Below the pieces are notes generated by a model. It was not told where the DNA came from and ran no database searches. It was given only the letters and a program-made list of their open reading frames with translations. DNA of 64,000 nucleotides, taken from assembly GCA_965223705.1 (NCBI GenBank), contig OZ245015.1, positions 1,568,001 through 1,632,000 of the forward strand. The letters are read 5' to 3'. Positions 30,948-41,183 of the stretch are shown here, piece after piece; within the stretch, counting starts at the first letter, position 1, and each line of letters starts with the position of its first letter. The translations under genes were made by a program, and so were the position numbers. The DNA comes from Myxococcota bacterium (GTDB lineage: Bacteria > Myxococcota_A > UBA9160 > UBA6930).

Positions 30948-31265
30948 TTACTCCGAGACTTTGACCACCATTTCCATCCCCGGATGGATGGCGCAGCGAA
31001 CCGTGTGGTCGCCCACCTTGGAGAATGTCACCGACGTGGACTCCCCGGGCTTCTGCAGCTTGAGATTGAACTTCGAGCCGGGGCTCTGCGAGAAGACATT
31101 GTGCGCGACGGTATCGTCGTTGACGAAAGTCACCGTGTCGTCTTTCTTTATCGAGAGCTCGACGGGCGTGAAAACCTTGCCCTTTTGAGAGATGGCGTGC
31201 TCCTCCGCCGATGCGCTCACCGCCAGCAGAAGCGAATATGCCGCTAGTCCTAGGAATTTTTTCAT
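30948..31265 (-). CDS. Small exported cupredoxin (plastocyanin/amicyanin-like)
   Basis: Signal peptide ending ASA; type-1 copper ligands HNV...CAIHPGM. AGGAGAGG RBS. Confidence 0.85.
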   Translation of the reverse strand: MKKFLGLAAYSLLLAVSASAEEHAISQKGKVFTPVELSIKKDDTVTFVNDDTVAHNVFSQSPGSKFNLKLQKPGESTSVTFSKVGDHTVRCAIHPGMEMVVKVSE

Positions 31266-31275
31266 CGTCCTCTCC

Positions 31276-32280
31276 TTATTGAGGTGCCGCCGGCACCGCC
31301 ACCGGATCATCGTCGCTGGTCAAACTTCTGAGAAATTCGACGAGGTCGTTTTTTTCGGCCTCGGTGAGTCCAAGTGGTCGGATCTCCGCGGAAAGAGACC
31401 GCCTCTTCAGACGACCTCCGGCGTCGTAGAGATCGACGACGTCCCCAAGGCTTCGCTCGCTGCCGTTGTGCATATAGGGCGCGCGACGATCCACGTTTCG
31501 GAGCGTGGGCGTCTTGAAAGCGTGCTCGAGCACATCGATGCCTTCAAACAACGCGCCCCGGCCGAGGTCTTCGGTGGCCACGCCGATGTCGTGGAAACTA
31601 TCGTCCGTGAAACGCCAACCCGAGTGGCAGGCGGCGCAGTTCCCCTTGCCTTCGAAGATTGCAAACCCTCGCTTTGCGGCCGGGGAGATCGCACTTTCGT
31701 CGCCAGCCACCCACGCATCAAAGGGCGCTTCTGCAGAGACCACGGTCCGTTCGAAGTTGGCGATCGCCCGAGCGATCGTTGATGTTGTGATTCCCTCCCC
31801 GGGGTAAGCTGCTTCGAAAAGCCCGCCGTACTCGGGAATCGACCGAAGCCTTGCGACTAACTGATCGAGCGGCAGCGCCATTTCGCCAGGCGCTTCAATG
31901 GGGCCGAGCGCCTGCTCCTCCAGCGTACCCGCTCGGCCGTCCCAAAATAGCGCTTCAGCCCAAGCCAGATTCAAGATCGTCGGTGTTCGCCGACCCAGTT
32001 TTTTCATTCCGTGGCCCGTTGCCGTGGGCATCCCATCGCCCCAAGCGAACGCCGGGTTGTGGCAGCTCGCGCAGGAAATAAAGTTCGACTCCGAAAGACG
32101 CGGGTCGAAGAAGAGCGTGCGACCGAGCTCCACGCTGGCTTCGCTGTACGGGTTGTCGGAAGGGAAGGGCGGTGTGTCCGGCTTCCGATACTCGTCGCTC
32201 GGGGATGTCGAATTCGCTGACAACGCCGCGAGCACAAAGGCAACCGCGACGCCGACTTGGATGAACCTGACTGTTCTCAT
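31276..32280 (-). CDS. Di-heme cytochrome c peroxidase / MauG family protein
   Basis: Signal peptide, LGR.LFFDPRLS, CASCH, FWDGRA, CAACH, FKTPTLRN and PYMHNG motifs. Confidence 0.9.
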   Translation of the reverse strand: MRTVRFIQVGVAVAFVLAALSANSTSPSDEYRKPDTPPFPSDNPYSEASVELGRTLFFDPRLSESNFISCASCHNPAFAWGDGMPTATGHGMKKLGRRTPTILNLAWAEALFWDGRAGTLEEQALGPIEAPGEMALPLDQLVARLRSIPEYGGLFEAAYPGEGITTSTIARAIANFERTVVSAEAPFDAWVAGDESAISPAAKRGFAIFEGKGNCAACHSGWRFTDDSFHDIGVATEDLGRGALFEGIDVLEHAFKTPTLRNVDRRAPYMHNGSERSLGDVVDLYDAGGRLKRRSLSAEIRPLGLTEAEKNDLVEFLRSLTSDDDPVAVPAAPQ

Positions 32281-32366
32281 GAAGTGATCTCCGGAAAAAA
32301 TCCGTCGCTCTGATCGGATCGGCGTGAGCCGGGCCCGATCGGGTAAACTCGGTAGAAGGCATTCGA

Positions 32367-32852
32367 TTAAGGCGCGAAGTACACGGTGAGCTGGCCCGTG
32401 CCGTACCCTTCGACTTCGGTTGTCGTCGCGCTCGCGCTCGCAGACCCCTTCACCACCGCAGCAAATTCGTCAGGGAGGTCGTCCGCCCGGAATTGCACCT
32501 CGGTGAGCTTGATATGAGGGCTGTTCTCATCGACGATCGCCACGCCGAGGACATTGAAGACCTCACCCGCGTTCTCTTGGTACTCAGGAGAGAGTTCGCC
32601 GGATTTCAGGACATCCTCTGCTACCGCCGCTGGAACCATCGCGAGGCAGGCGCCAAAACGCGCGGCGAACGCCAGGTCGCAAAGCGCGACGGCAGCGACG
32701 CCCCCGTCGTCGAAACGGTAACAAGCGAGCCCATACGGCTTACCGGGATCCGGCACATACGGTTTTGAGTCGGACGTCGTGGCGTCCTTGCCGAGAAGGC
32801 CCGCCAGCAGTTCTTGAATCGCGTCAGAGTTCGGGTTTATGAGTTGAGTCAC
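32367..32852 (-). CDS. CheX/CheC-like protein (putative CheY-P phosphatase)
   Basis: ENAGEVFNV (E-x2-N motif); divergent from cheY. Confidence 0.55.
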   Translation of the reverse strand: MTQLINPNSDAIQELLAGLLGKDATTSDSKPYVPDPGKPYGLACYRFDDGGVAAVALCDLAFAARFGACLAMVPAAVAEDVLKSGELSPEYQENAGEVFNVLGVAIVDENSPHIKLTEVQFRADDLPDEFAAVVKGSASASATTTEVEGYGTGQLTVYFAP

Positions 32853-32888
32853 TTCCTCAATCCGTGATGAGTGTGTTGTTCTAGGAAG

Positions 32889-32915
32889 CTTTCGGAGCGT
32901 TCGTGAGACTTCTGA
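32889..32915 (-). promoter_or_regulatory. Sigma28-like promoter for the CheX-like gene
   Basis: Minus strand TCAG-N15-TCCGAAAG. Confidence 0.4.
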
Positions 32916-32995
32916 AGCGATCGCTCGACGTACAGATTTCTACGGACTTATTCCAACTTGAAAAGTTCCGACGACGAGACTCGGTGCGACTCGCT

Positions 32996-33022
32996 TAAGA
33001 CCGCTTTTGCGAAGTCCGATAG
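32996..33022 (+). promoter_or_regulatory. Sigma28 (FliA)-like promoter of the che operon
   Basis: TAAG-N15-TCCGATAG ending 30 nt before the cheY ATG. Confidence 0.6.
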
Positions 33023-33052
33023 CGAAGAGCACAACATTCCGAGGAACGCGCG

Positions 33053-33427
33053 ATGAAAATCTTGATCGTTGACGACTCATCGACGATGCGAAAAATCGTT
33101 TCGCGAAACCTACGTCAGGCGGGTGTCAAGACGACGAGCGTCACCGAGGCTTCTGATGGGGTCGAGGCCTGGTCTCTCCTCGAATCCGAGCCGTTCGATC
33201 TCGTGTTCAGTGACGTCAACATGCCGAACATGACAGGGCTCGAACTCCTCGACAAGATTCGCGCTGAAGAAGGCTTGAAGTCTATCCCAGTCATCATGGT
33301 CACGACCGAGAGCACACCGCAGGCGGTCCAGACGTTCTTGGAGCATGGAGCTTCAGGCTGCGTCGGCAAACCCTTCACGCCAGATCGCCTAGAGGCAGTG
33401 GTTTCAGCGGTCCTCGACAAATCGTGA
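33053..33427 (+). CDS. cheY: Chemotaxis response regulator CheY
   Basis: IVDDS, SDVNMPNM.G, VTTE and KPFT motifs; stand-alone receiver at the head of the operon. Confidence 0.9.
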   Translation: MKILIVDDSSTMRKIVSRNLRQAGVKTTSVTEASDGVEAWSLLESEPFDLVFSDVNMPNMTGLELLDKIRAEEGLKSIPVIMVTTESTPQAVQTFLEHGASGCVGKPFTPDRLEAVVSAVLDKS

Positions 33428-35898
33428 CGGAGTCCGGCGAGTACGACACCGAACTTCTTCTCGAGTTCAAAATCGAGGCCGAGGAACACCTCGGAGAAGT
33501 CGAGCCCGCAATCCTCGAGATGGACGGGTGTGAACCCGAACGTAGGCAAGACCTCGTCAATCTTGTCTTCCGAGCGGTCCACAGTGTGAAGGGGGCCTCC
33601 GGTTTCTTCGGCCTGACCCGGGTTCAGGATCTTTCCCACAGTATGGAGAGTCTCCTCATGAAAGTTCGGGATGGTGAAATGTCCTTCCATCCCGAGATGG
33701 TGGAGCCGCTACTCGCCGGGCTCGACAAACTGCAGGCCCTCGTCGAAGCGCTGCCCGACGTGTTGGAGCTACCCATCGAGGACGAGATCGCGGACGTGAA
33801 CGCAGTGTTGGCCTCGGGTGCACCGATCGAGACCGAAGTGGTGTCCAGGGAAGCGACCGATCGCGAAGTGCTTCCATCACCCGAAAGGTTCGGCCTCGTT
33901 GTAACCGCAAAGATGCTCAACGAAGCGCGTTGCTTCGGCCAGCGGGTTCTCGCGGTCGTGTTTTCGGACACGACCTCGCAGGAAGACGTTGTCCTGGCGA
34001 GGCAGAAACTCCGATCTCACGGGGAGGAGCTGGATTTCAGTGCCAGCGGTCCCGGGCCCGCACTGCTGGCGAAGAGCGTGCTGGAAGCCGAAGCCCTGGA
34101 AGCCGAACTCCAACCGGTGGAAGTTTCAATCCGCGAGTGCGAAGAACCGACCGAGGCCGTCACCCACCCGCCCCAGCAAGACGGGGAATCGAGACTCCGG
34201 CCGACCGACGAGGAGCGCAAGGCGCCCCAAGGCGCCGGTGCCGGGAGGGATGGCGAGACGATACGAGTCAACGTTCGGCTTCTCGATAAATTGATGAACC
34301 TCGCCGGAGAGCTCGTGCTCTCGCGCAACCAGCTACTTCGGGGGCTCGGGACGCATTACGGCGGTACGACCGCGAGCGTCCTCCAGGATCTCGATCTGAT
34401 CACGAGCGAGCTCCAGGGCAACATTATGAACACCCGAATGCAGCCGGTGGGAGCGGTGTTCAAGAAATTCTCCCGCATCGTCCGCGATCTCTCGCGAAAG
34501 CTCGACAAACGGACGAAGCTGGTTCTCGAAGGGACCGATGTGGAGCTCGACAAATCGATCATCGAGCTCCTGTCCGATCCCTTGACCCATCTTGTTCGCA
34601 ACGCCCTCGACCACGGACTCGAGACCCCCGCCGCCCGAGAAGCGGCCGCCAAAGACAGCGAGGGAACGCTTTGGCTCCGGGCTTTTCACGAGGGTGGACA
34701 AGTACATATCGAAATTGAAGACAACGGCGCGGGTATCGACCCCGAGCGGATGCGCAACCTCGCTGTCGAGCGGGGCTCGCTCTCGCGAGACGAAGCGTCC
34801 GGGTTGTCCGACCGTGAGGCCCGCATGCTCATCTTCGGCGCCGGCTTCTCGACAGCCTCCGAAGTAACGGACGTGTCCGGTCGTGGGGTGGGAATGGACG
34901 TTGTGAAGTCCAACATCGCGAAGCTCGGTGGCAAGATCGAGCTGGACAGTGAAGTCGGAGTCGGAACCAAAGTCACGATTCGGCTACCACTCACGCTGGC
35001 GATCATTCCTTCTCTCATTGTGAGTAGCGGGGGCGAGAGATTCGCCGTTCCCCAAGTCAATCTCGTGGAACTCGTTCGCGTCGGAACCGACCAAGCGGAC
35101 ACGCTCTCCGCGGTGCAAGGAGCCGAGGTGCTTCCACTTCGAGGAAAGCTCCTGCCTTTGGTCCGCCTCGAAACGGTTCTGGGCGGCGATCATCCGGGCG
35201 CGACAGCGAGGCGAGCGAGTAAGCACCGAGTATTGACGGTGGCAGTTCTTCAGGTTGGCGCCGCTCAGTTCGGGTTGGTCGTGGATGGCGTCCTCGACAG
35301 CGAGGAGATCGTAGTGAAGCCCCTCGCGAGAATCTTCGATCGCTGCCGTGTGTACGCCGGTGCGACGATCATGGGCGACGGGAAGGTCGCCATGATCCTC
35401 GATGCCGCCGGTCTGGCGGCGGAAGCGGGGATCGAAGTCGGGGATGAACCGAGAGCGGAAGCCCTCGCGGAGGCTACGGACCGCCGTCAGGTCATCGTGT
35501 TCTCAAATGCGCCCCAAGAGTTCTTCGCCGTCGATCTCAAGCAGATCGTGCGGCTGGAGAAGATCGACACTTCGGAGATCGAACAAGCGGCCGGTCAAGA
35601 GTACGTCCAGTATCGCGGTAGCGGGCTTCCCGTGATCCGTTTGGAGGACGAGCTGCCGGTACGCCCCTTGCCCGAGGACGCGTCATCTCTCTTCGTACTT
35701 GTACCGCGTACGACGCAGAAGCCACACGGGATATTGGTGGGCCGCGTGGTCGACACGCTCGAAACCGCCGCCGAGAACCTCGAACCGGTGGAGGAGCCCG
35801 ACAGCGCTATCTCGGGTCGAATCGTACTCGACGGGCGGCTTACCCTCCTCCTCGATGCGGAGCACTTGGCTTCGAACTGGTTGGGTCGCGCGGCGTGA
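33424..35898 (+). CDS. cheA: Chemotaxis histidine kinase CheA with two C-terminal CheW-like domains
   Basis: FRAVHSVKG Hpt, H.VRNA.DHG, GFSTA..VTDVSGRGVGMDVV, LPLTLAI, tandem CheW-like regions. Confidence 0.95.
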   Translation: MTESGEYDTELLLEFKIEAEEHLGEVEPAILEMDGCEPERRQDLVNLVFRAVHSVKGASGFFGLTRVQDLSHSMESLLMKVRDGEMSFHPEMVEPLLAGLDKLQALVEALPDVLELPIEDEIADVNAVLASGAPIETEVVSREATDREVLPSPERFGLVVTAKMLNEARCFGQRVLAVVFSDTTSQEDVVLARQKLRSHGEELDFSASGPGPALLAKSVLEAEALEAELQPVEVSIRECEEPTEAVTHPPQQDGESRLRPTDEERKAPQGAGAGRDGETIRVNVRLLDKLMNLAGELVLSRNQLLRGLGTHYGGTTASVLQDLDLITSELQGNIMNTRMQPVGAVFKKFSRIVRDLSRKLDKRTKLVLEGTDVELDKSIIELLSDPLTHLVRNALDHGLETPAAREAAAKDSEGTLWLRAFHEGGQVHIEIEDNGAGIDPERMRNLAVERGSLSRDEASGLSDREARMLIFGAGFSTASEVTDVSGRGVGMDVVKSNIAKLGGKIELDSEVGVGTKVTIRLPLTLAIIPSLIVSSGGERFAVPQVNLVELVRVGTDQADTLSAVQGAEVLPLRGKLLPLVRLETVLGGDHPGATARRASKHRVLTVAVLQVGAAQFGLVVDGVLDSEEIVVKPLARIFDRCRVYAGATIMGDGKVAMILDAAGLAAEAGIEVGDEPRAEALAEATDRRQVIVFSNAPQEFFAVDLKQIVRLEKIDTSEIEQAAGQEYVQYRGSGLPVIRLEDELPVRPLPEDASSLFVLVPRTTQKPHGILVGRVVDTLETAAENLEPVEEPDSAISGRIVLDGRLTLLLDAEHLASNWLGRAA

Positions 35899-36428
35899 GT
35901 GTAAACGACGTGTGCGCCACTTGGATCGATGAGTCCGTCACCCACGGGTTGGCGTCCTTCCGGGTCGACGATGCTCTGTTCGCCGTGCAGATTCGCCTCG
36001 TTCGAGAAATCAATCGTCATCTCGACCTCACTGTGGTGCGGCGTGCGCCGGAACACGTCCGCGGCCTCATCAACCTTCGCGGCCAGCTCGTCACCATCGT
36101 CGATCTGGGAGCGCGGTTGGGGTTGGGGCTCCGCGATGTCGGCGCCTCGAGCCACCTCATCGTGCTGAAGACGAACACCGAGCTCGTCGAAATCGGTGCG
36201 GCGGAGTTGCGAACCTCCGATGACAAGGTGGGTCTCCTCGTCGATGAAATCGGCGATGTGGTTTCGCCCACCGAGCACGACCTCGAGCCGCCGCCAGCGC
36301 ACCTCGACGACACGGGCGCCGAGCACCTCGCCGGCGTGTGCAAGCGCGACGCGCAGACGGTGACGGTTTTGGATGTCGAGTCGCTTCTCCGCAGCGATGA
36401 CGCGGACTCAAGCGCGCTATCTGCGTAA
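35895..36428 (+). CDS. cheW: Chemotaxis coupling protein CheW
   Basis: [13 protein letters not shown] and VGLLVD.I.DV motifs. Confidence 0.92.
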   Translation: MSVNDVCATWIDESVTHGLASFRVDDALFAVQIRLVREINRHLDLTVVRRAPEHVRGLINLRGQLVTIVDLGARLGLGLRDVGASSHLIVLKTNTELVEIGAAELRTSDDKVGLLVDEIGDVVSPTEHDLEPPPAHLDDTGAEHLAGVCKRDAQTVTVLDVESLLRSDDADSSALSA

Positions 36429-36450
36429 CTGCTTCAGAAAAGGGAGCCGC

Positions 36451-38976
36451 ATGGTCAAAATCACCGAAGCCCTGTCGAAGAACTTGATTGTCCCGTTCTT
36501 GATCGTGGGTCTGGCGCCTGTCCTTGTCGTCGCGAGCGTTTCGCTCTTTCGCGGCGAGATCGCTCTCACCGAGGCGGTTTCGAAAGCGAAAGAGGCACTT
36601 CGGGATCAGGTGAGCAGCCGCCTCGTGTCGACCCGTGGAGAGAAGCGCGCGGGAATCGAGCGCTACTTCCAAACCATCGAAGATCAAGTGCGGACCTTCA
36701 GCGAGAGCCGTATGGCGATCGACGCTCTGAACGGATTTCGCGGTGCGTTCGACAGCTTCGGGGAGATCGAAGAGATTTCCCTCGAAGATCTCGACAGCAA
36801 GCGACTTTCTCTCGAGAGCTACTACGTTGGTGACTTCAGCCGAGAATTTGAACGTCGGACGGGTTCTCGAGGATCGTGGCAGTCCCTATACAGCGGTCTC
36901 GACGTGGCCGCCAAGCGACTCCAACACGCCTACGTCAGCGAAAACACCCACCCCTTCGGTTCCAAGCAGAGGCTAGATCGCGCCGCGGGTTCCGAGTTTT
37001 ATCACGATCTGCACGAGATCTATCACCCGCCGATTCGGAGCTACCTCGAGAAATTCGGGTACTACGATGTTTTCCTAGTCGACGGCGATACGGGAAACAT
37101 CGTGTACTCGGTGATGAAGTCGGTCGACTATGCGACTTCGCTGATCGATGGCCCGTACGCTGACACCAACATCGCCAGGGCGTTTCGCGCGGCGAACCAG
37201 GCGACAGATCCGAACGTCGCGGTGCTGGTCGATTTCGAGCCGTACACGCCGGCTTATCGCGCTCCGGCGGGCTTCATCGCTTCGCTGGTCGTAGACGGGG
37301 ATCAGAAGCTCGGCGTGGTCATCTTTCAAATGCCTCTCGATCGGATCACAGAGGTGATGTCGGGTCGCGAGGGGATCGGTGAGACAGGGGAGGTATTCCT
37401 CGTCGGTCCCGACAAACTGCCGCGTTCGGACGTCCCCGGAGACCCCTCGGACCGGAGCGTGGTGGCTGCTTTCCGTTCGCCAGAGCGAGCTGCCATCGAA
37501 ACAGAGAGTGTTCGGCGCGCACTCGCCGGTGAGAGCGGAGTGGCGGTTTCCCTGGGCTACCACGGCGGCGAAGTTCTGAGCGCATTCGAGCCCGTCGAAC
37601 TCGGTGGACATCGCTGGGCCGTCGTGGCGGAGATCAGCACGGCGGAGGCGTACGCCTCGGTGCAGGAGCTCGAAACGGTGAAATCCGCTGCGGGAACCAG
37701 TCTCTTGTGGTGGAGTGGCGGAATCGTGGCCGTTGCGTCCATCTTGATCTGCTGGTTTGCGCGCTCTGTGTCTCGCGTACTGAAGCGTCCGATCCGCGAA
37801 ATGCTCGCCTCGATCGACGCTGCCGCGGACGGAGATCTCACCCAACCGCCGAAAATTCGATCGGCCGATGAAATCGGTCAGATGGCCGGTCGGTTTGGAG
37901 AATTTCTCACGGCTCTCCGAGGGAGTCTCGCCGAAATCAAGCGTCACGGTGCGGATCTCAAGGAGGCGTCGACCGAACTCTCCGGGGTGTCGGGCCAGAT
38001 CGCGGGTGAAATTTCGCAGATGCACGAGCACGCGAACGGCGTTAGTGGGACGACGGAACAGCTGTCGGGAAATATCTCGACCGTGGCCGCGGCGGTGGAG
38101 CAGTCCACGACGAATATCAGAAACGTGGCTGCAGCAGTTGAGGAGATGTCGACGAACCTTGCAACGGTCTCGAGCAATGTCGAGGGGATGGCAGCGAGCG
38201 TCAACAGTGTGGCTGAATCCATCGAAGGGATGAGCGGTTCGCTAGGGACCGTCGCCGACCGTTCGGATCAGGCGGCGGAAATCTCCACACGCGCGGCCGA
38301 ATCGGCCAAGCTCACCAATGACACGGTCAAGCACCTCGGCAAATCCGCCCAAGAGATCGGACATGTTGTTGGCGTGATCAACGACATCGCAGAACAGACG
38401 AACCTCCTCGCGCTCAACGCGACGATCGAGGCGGCATCCGCCGGCGAGGCCGGTCGCGGCTTCGCGGTCGTGGCGAACGAGGTGAAAGAGCTCGCGAAGC
38501 AGACCGCATCTGCCACAGAGGAGATTCGGCTCAAGATCCAAGGGATGCAAGACAACACGAAGAGCTCGGTCTCAGCAATCCAGGAAATCGTAGGAACGAT
38601 CGACGAAATCAACGAGATTTCCCAGGAAATCGCGACGTCGGTGGCGGAACAGCGAGGCCAGGCGAAGGAAATTGCGGCGGCAGTATCGGAGGCCGCTGAG
38701 TCGGCCACTGTCGTGAACGTGACCGTGCGGGAGTGCTCCAATGGAGCGACCCAGGTGGCGGAAAACGCCGAGGAACTCTCGAAGGGTTCCAACGAAATCG
38801 CCCACAGCGCCGCCGAAGCGTCGACCGGAGCCACCGAGACGTCCGAGAGCATGAAGAGCATGAGCAGCAGCATCCGCCAGTCCGCCGGCGGTGCCTCGCG
38901 GGTCGACGAGTCCGCAAAGATGCTGAACGAACTCGCCGGCAACCTGCACGAATTGGTCGGGAGGTTCCAAGTTTAG
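36451..38976 (+). CDS. Methyl-accepting chemotaxis protein (Cache-type periplasmic domain, HAMP)
   Basis: Two TM helices, [56 protein letters not shown] hairpin tip. Confidence 0.95.
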   Translation: MVKITEALSKNLIVPFLIVGLAPVLVVASVSLFRGEIALTEAVSKAKEALRDQVSSRLVSTRGEKRAGIERYFQTIEDQVRTFSESRMAIDALNGFRGAFDSFGEIEEISLEDLDSKRLSLESYYVGDFSREFERRTGSRGSWQSLYSGLDVAAKRLQHAYVSENTHPFGSKQRLDRAAGSEFYHDLHEIYHPPIRSYLEKFGYYDVFLVDGDTGNIVYSVMKSVDYATSLIDGPYADTNIARAFRAANQATDPNVAVLVDFEPYTPAYRAPAGFIASLVVDGDQKLGVVIFQMPLDRITEVMSGREGIGETGEVFLVGPDKLPRSDVPGDPSDRSVVAAFRSPERAAIETESVRRALAGESGVAVSLGYHGGEVLSAFEPVELGGHRWAVVAEISTAEAYASVQELETVKSAAGTSLLWWSGGIVAVASILICWFARSVSRVLKRPIREMLASIDAAADGDLTQPPKIRSADEIGQMAGRFGEFLTALRGSLAEIKRHGADLKEASTELSGVSGQIAGEISQMHEHANGVSGTTEQLSGNISTVAAAVEQSTTNIRNVAAAVEEMSTNLATVSSNVEGMAASVNSVAESIEGMSGSLGTVADRSDQAAEISTRAAESAKLTNDTVKHLGKSAQEIGHVVGVINDIAEQTNLLALNATIEAASAGEAGRGFAVVANEVKELAKQTASATEEIRLKIQGMQDNTKSSVSAIQEIVGTIDEINEISQEIATSVAEQRGQAKEIAAAVSEAAESATVVNVTVRECSNGATQVAENAEELSKGSNEIAHSAAEASTGATETSESMKSMSSSIRQSAGGASRVDESAKMLNELAGNLHELVGRFQV

Positions 38977-40041
38977 ATGCCCAACCTCAATCAAGGCGTG
39001 AGCGTTCTCGTGGCCGAGGGTTCGCGCACCTTCCGGAAGACCCTCTCCGAGATCGTTTGTGATCACGCGGACGCCAAATTGATCGGCGAGGTCGCAAGTG
39101 ACCGAGAGACCCTTGAGTTCGCGCGCGAACTCGATCCGGATCTCATTCTCCTAGACGTCGACATGCCGGAGCTCGGCGGGTTGCAGACGCTCCAAGACAT
39201 CATCGCTGACCGGGAGGATGCGCGGGTGGCGATCGTGTCGGCGGTCGCAGACGCCAAAGAGACGATGCGCGCGCTCGCGCTCGGAGCCATCGAAGTCATT
39301 CAACGACCAGAACACGACGAAGGGGTAGAAGATCTCCGTCGTCGCGTCGGGCGCGCCATCGCGTCGGTCAAAGCCGCGCGGAAGCCGGTTCTCGAGTCGA
39401 AGATGTCGGCGCATTCCCGAGAGTATTCCGGCCCGTCGGCTCCGGGGCGCGCTGCCGACCTGGTGGCTATTGCGATATCGACCGGGGGACCGAAGGCCCT
39501 CTCGACGCTTCTTCCCCAGTTGCCGGCAGATTTGGACTGCCCCGTCCTCGTCGTTCAGCACATGGCGGGCGGGTTCACCCGCTCGCTAGCCGAATCGCTC
39601 GATCGCCGCTGCGCTATGGACGTGAGAGAAGCGTCGGAAGGAGAGCACGTCGAGCCGAACACGGTCCTGCTTGCTCCCGGCGGGCGTCACATGGGAGTGA
39701 CGAGGGGCCGGGGCCGCGGGCGGTTGCGCATCGAGCTCTCCGACGACGCTCAGGAGAACGGGTGCCGCCCCGCGGCCAACGTGTTGTTCCGATCCATCGC
39801 GCGGGAGTTCCCAGGACGTGTGCTCGCGATCGTCATGACCGGCATGGGGTGTGACGGCCTCGACGGGGTTGAGGCTCTGAAAGCAGCCGATACCTATTGC
39901 CTCGCTCAAGACCGAGACTCGTCCGTGGTGTACGGGATGCCACGCCTCGTGGCTGAGGCGGGCTTTGCGGACGAAGTCGTGTCGCTTGCGCAGATGGCGG
40001 ACCGGATCAAACGCCTTGTTCGAGGCACGCCCCTGGGATGA
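38977..40041 (+). CDS. cheB: Chemotaxis methylesterase CheB
   Basis: AISTGGP, VQHM and MTGMG.DG catalytic S/H/D; N-terminal receiver domain. Confidence 0.93.
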   Translation: MPNLNQGVSVLVAEGSRTFRKTLSEIVCDHADAKLIGEVASDRETLEFARELDPDLILLDVDMPELGGLQTLQDIIADREDARVAIVSAVADAKETMRALALGAIEVIQRPEHDEGVEDLRRRVGRAIASVKAARKPVLESKMSAHSREYSGPSAPGRAADLVAIAISTGGPKALSTLLPQLPADLDCPVLVVQHMAGGFTRSLAESLDRRCAMDVREASEGEHVEPNTVLLAPGGRHMGVTRGRGRGRLRIELSDDAQENGCRPAANVLFRSIAREFPGRVLAIVMTGMGCDGLDGVEALKAADTYCLAQDRDSSVVYGMPRLVAEAGFADEVVSLAQMADRIKRLVRGTPLG

Positions 40042-40889
40042 ATCTCGCCCTTACCTCCGAAACATTCGAGCTGCTGCGCGAGCACATCGAAGAACAGTGC
40101 GGAGTCGCCCTCGCACCCGGCAAGGAATACCTGGTTCGAACGCGGCTCGGGCCACTGCTACCGCGCCACGGCTGTGGGAGCTTTCCGGAGTTCCTGCGAC
40201 TGCTGCAGAGCCGCTCTGACGTCGCACTGCGAGACGAAGTCGTGGACGCCATGACGACGAATGAGACTCTATGGTTTCGCGACGAGGGCCCCTGGGCGAT
40301 TCTCAGGGAAACGCTACTCCCGACTCTGTGCAGAGCAATCGAGTCGGGGGCGAGATCCAAGGTCAGGATCTGGTCGGCGGCATGCTCGACAGGCCAAGAA
40401 CCCTACTCCATCGCGATCTCCATTCTCGACGCCATCGACCGTGAGAATCGAGCGGTCGACGCGAAGCAGTTCGAGATTTTGGGAACCGACGTGTCCCCCG
40501 CTGTCCTGTCGGTTGCGGAAGCGGCGATCTACAGCCAATTGGGTGCGACCCGGGGATTGGGTGACGAAGCGGAGTCACCCCATTTCGAGCGAGAGGGGGC
40601 GGAACTGCGCGTCGCTCCACACGTTCGGGAACTCGTGAGCTTCCGACGCCACAATCTTCAGGAGTCGTTCGAGGATCTTGGAAGCTTTGACATCGTCTTC
40701 TGCCGAAACGTGCTGATCTATTTTTCCGAAAGTCTCCGGAATCGAGTGATAGAGGGTCTGACGCGGGTCCTGCGACCCGGTGGGGCGCTGATCCTGGGCG
40801 CCTCGGAGTCGCTTCGAGGCTCGACGGGCATGCTCACCCTGGAGAGAAGCGGTAGGTATTTCTACTACCGCCCTGCAGGGGATCAATAG
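40038..40889 (+). CDS. cheR: Chemotaxis methyltransferase CheR
   Basis: TTNET.WFRD, RIWSAACSTGQEPYS, FD.VFCRNVLIYF. Confidence 0.95.
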   Translation: MNLALTSETFELLREHIEEQCGVALAPGKEYLVRTRLGPLLPRHGCGSFPEFLRLLQSRSDVALRDEVVDAMTTNETLWFRDEGPWAILRETLLPTLCRAIESGARSKVRIWSAACSTGQEPYSIAISILDAIDRENRAVDAKQFEILGTDVSPAVLSVAEAAIYSQLGATRGLGDEAESPHFEREGAELRVAPHVRELVSFRRHNLQESFEDLGSFDIVFCRNVLIYFSESLRNRVIEGLTRVLRPGGALILGASESLRGSTGMLTLERSGRYFYYRPAGDQ

Positions 40890-41134
40890 CGCTGCCCTGA
40901 TTTGGGCACCCGAACCTCACGAGGGCGCCGGCGCAAGATCTTCCGCACTACAACACCGATGAGAATCATCGCGCCGACGTCCCACGCGCAGAACTTTCCG
41001 ACGCGGTAGTAGGGAAGATATTCCCACCAACCATTCCGATCGATGATGAACTCCTCGATCATCACCCACGTATTGAAAAAGGTCAGCCAGACGGCGAAGC
41101 GAACGAGACCCGGAAGCTGTTTTCGTTCTGACAT
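40883..41134 (-). CDS. Small membrane protein (83 aa)
   Basis: Two hydrophobic segments, EEF.IDR.G.W..LP.Y.VG.FC.WD. Sits directly behind a MerR-type promoter. Confidence 0.7.
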   Translation of the reverse strand: MSERKQLPGLVRFAVWLTFFNTWVMIEEFIIDRNGWWEYLPYYRVGKFCAWDVGAMILIGVVVRKILRRRPREVRVPKSGQRY

Positions 41135-41142
41135 AGCGAGAT

Positions 41143-41173
41143 AAGCTACGGATTGAAGTGCGCTTCAAGTCAA
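41143..41173 (-). promoter_or_regulatory. MerR-type promoter/operator with 19-bp spacer
   Basis: Minus strand TTGACT-19 nt-TAGCTT, with dyad TTGAAG-TGCG-CTTCAA (41153-41168) covering the spacer. Confidence 0.85.
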
Positions 41174-41183
41174 GGGGACAGCG

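Noticed and set aside
38000..38950. Quasi-repetitive sequence in the MCP gene
   Set aside because: Ordinary heptad methylation helices of a chemoreceptor, not a DNA repeat array.
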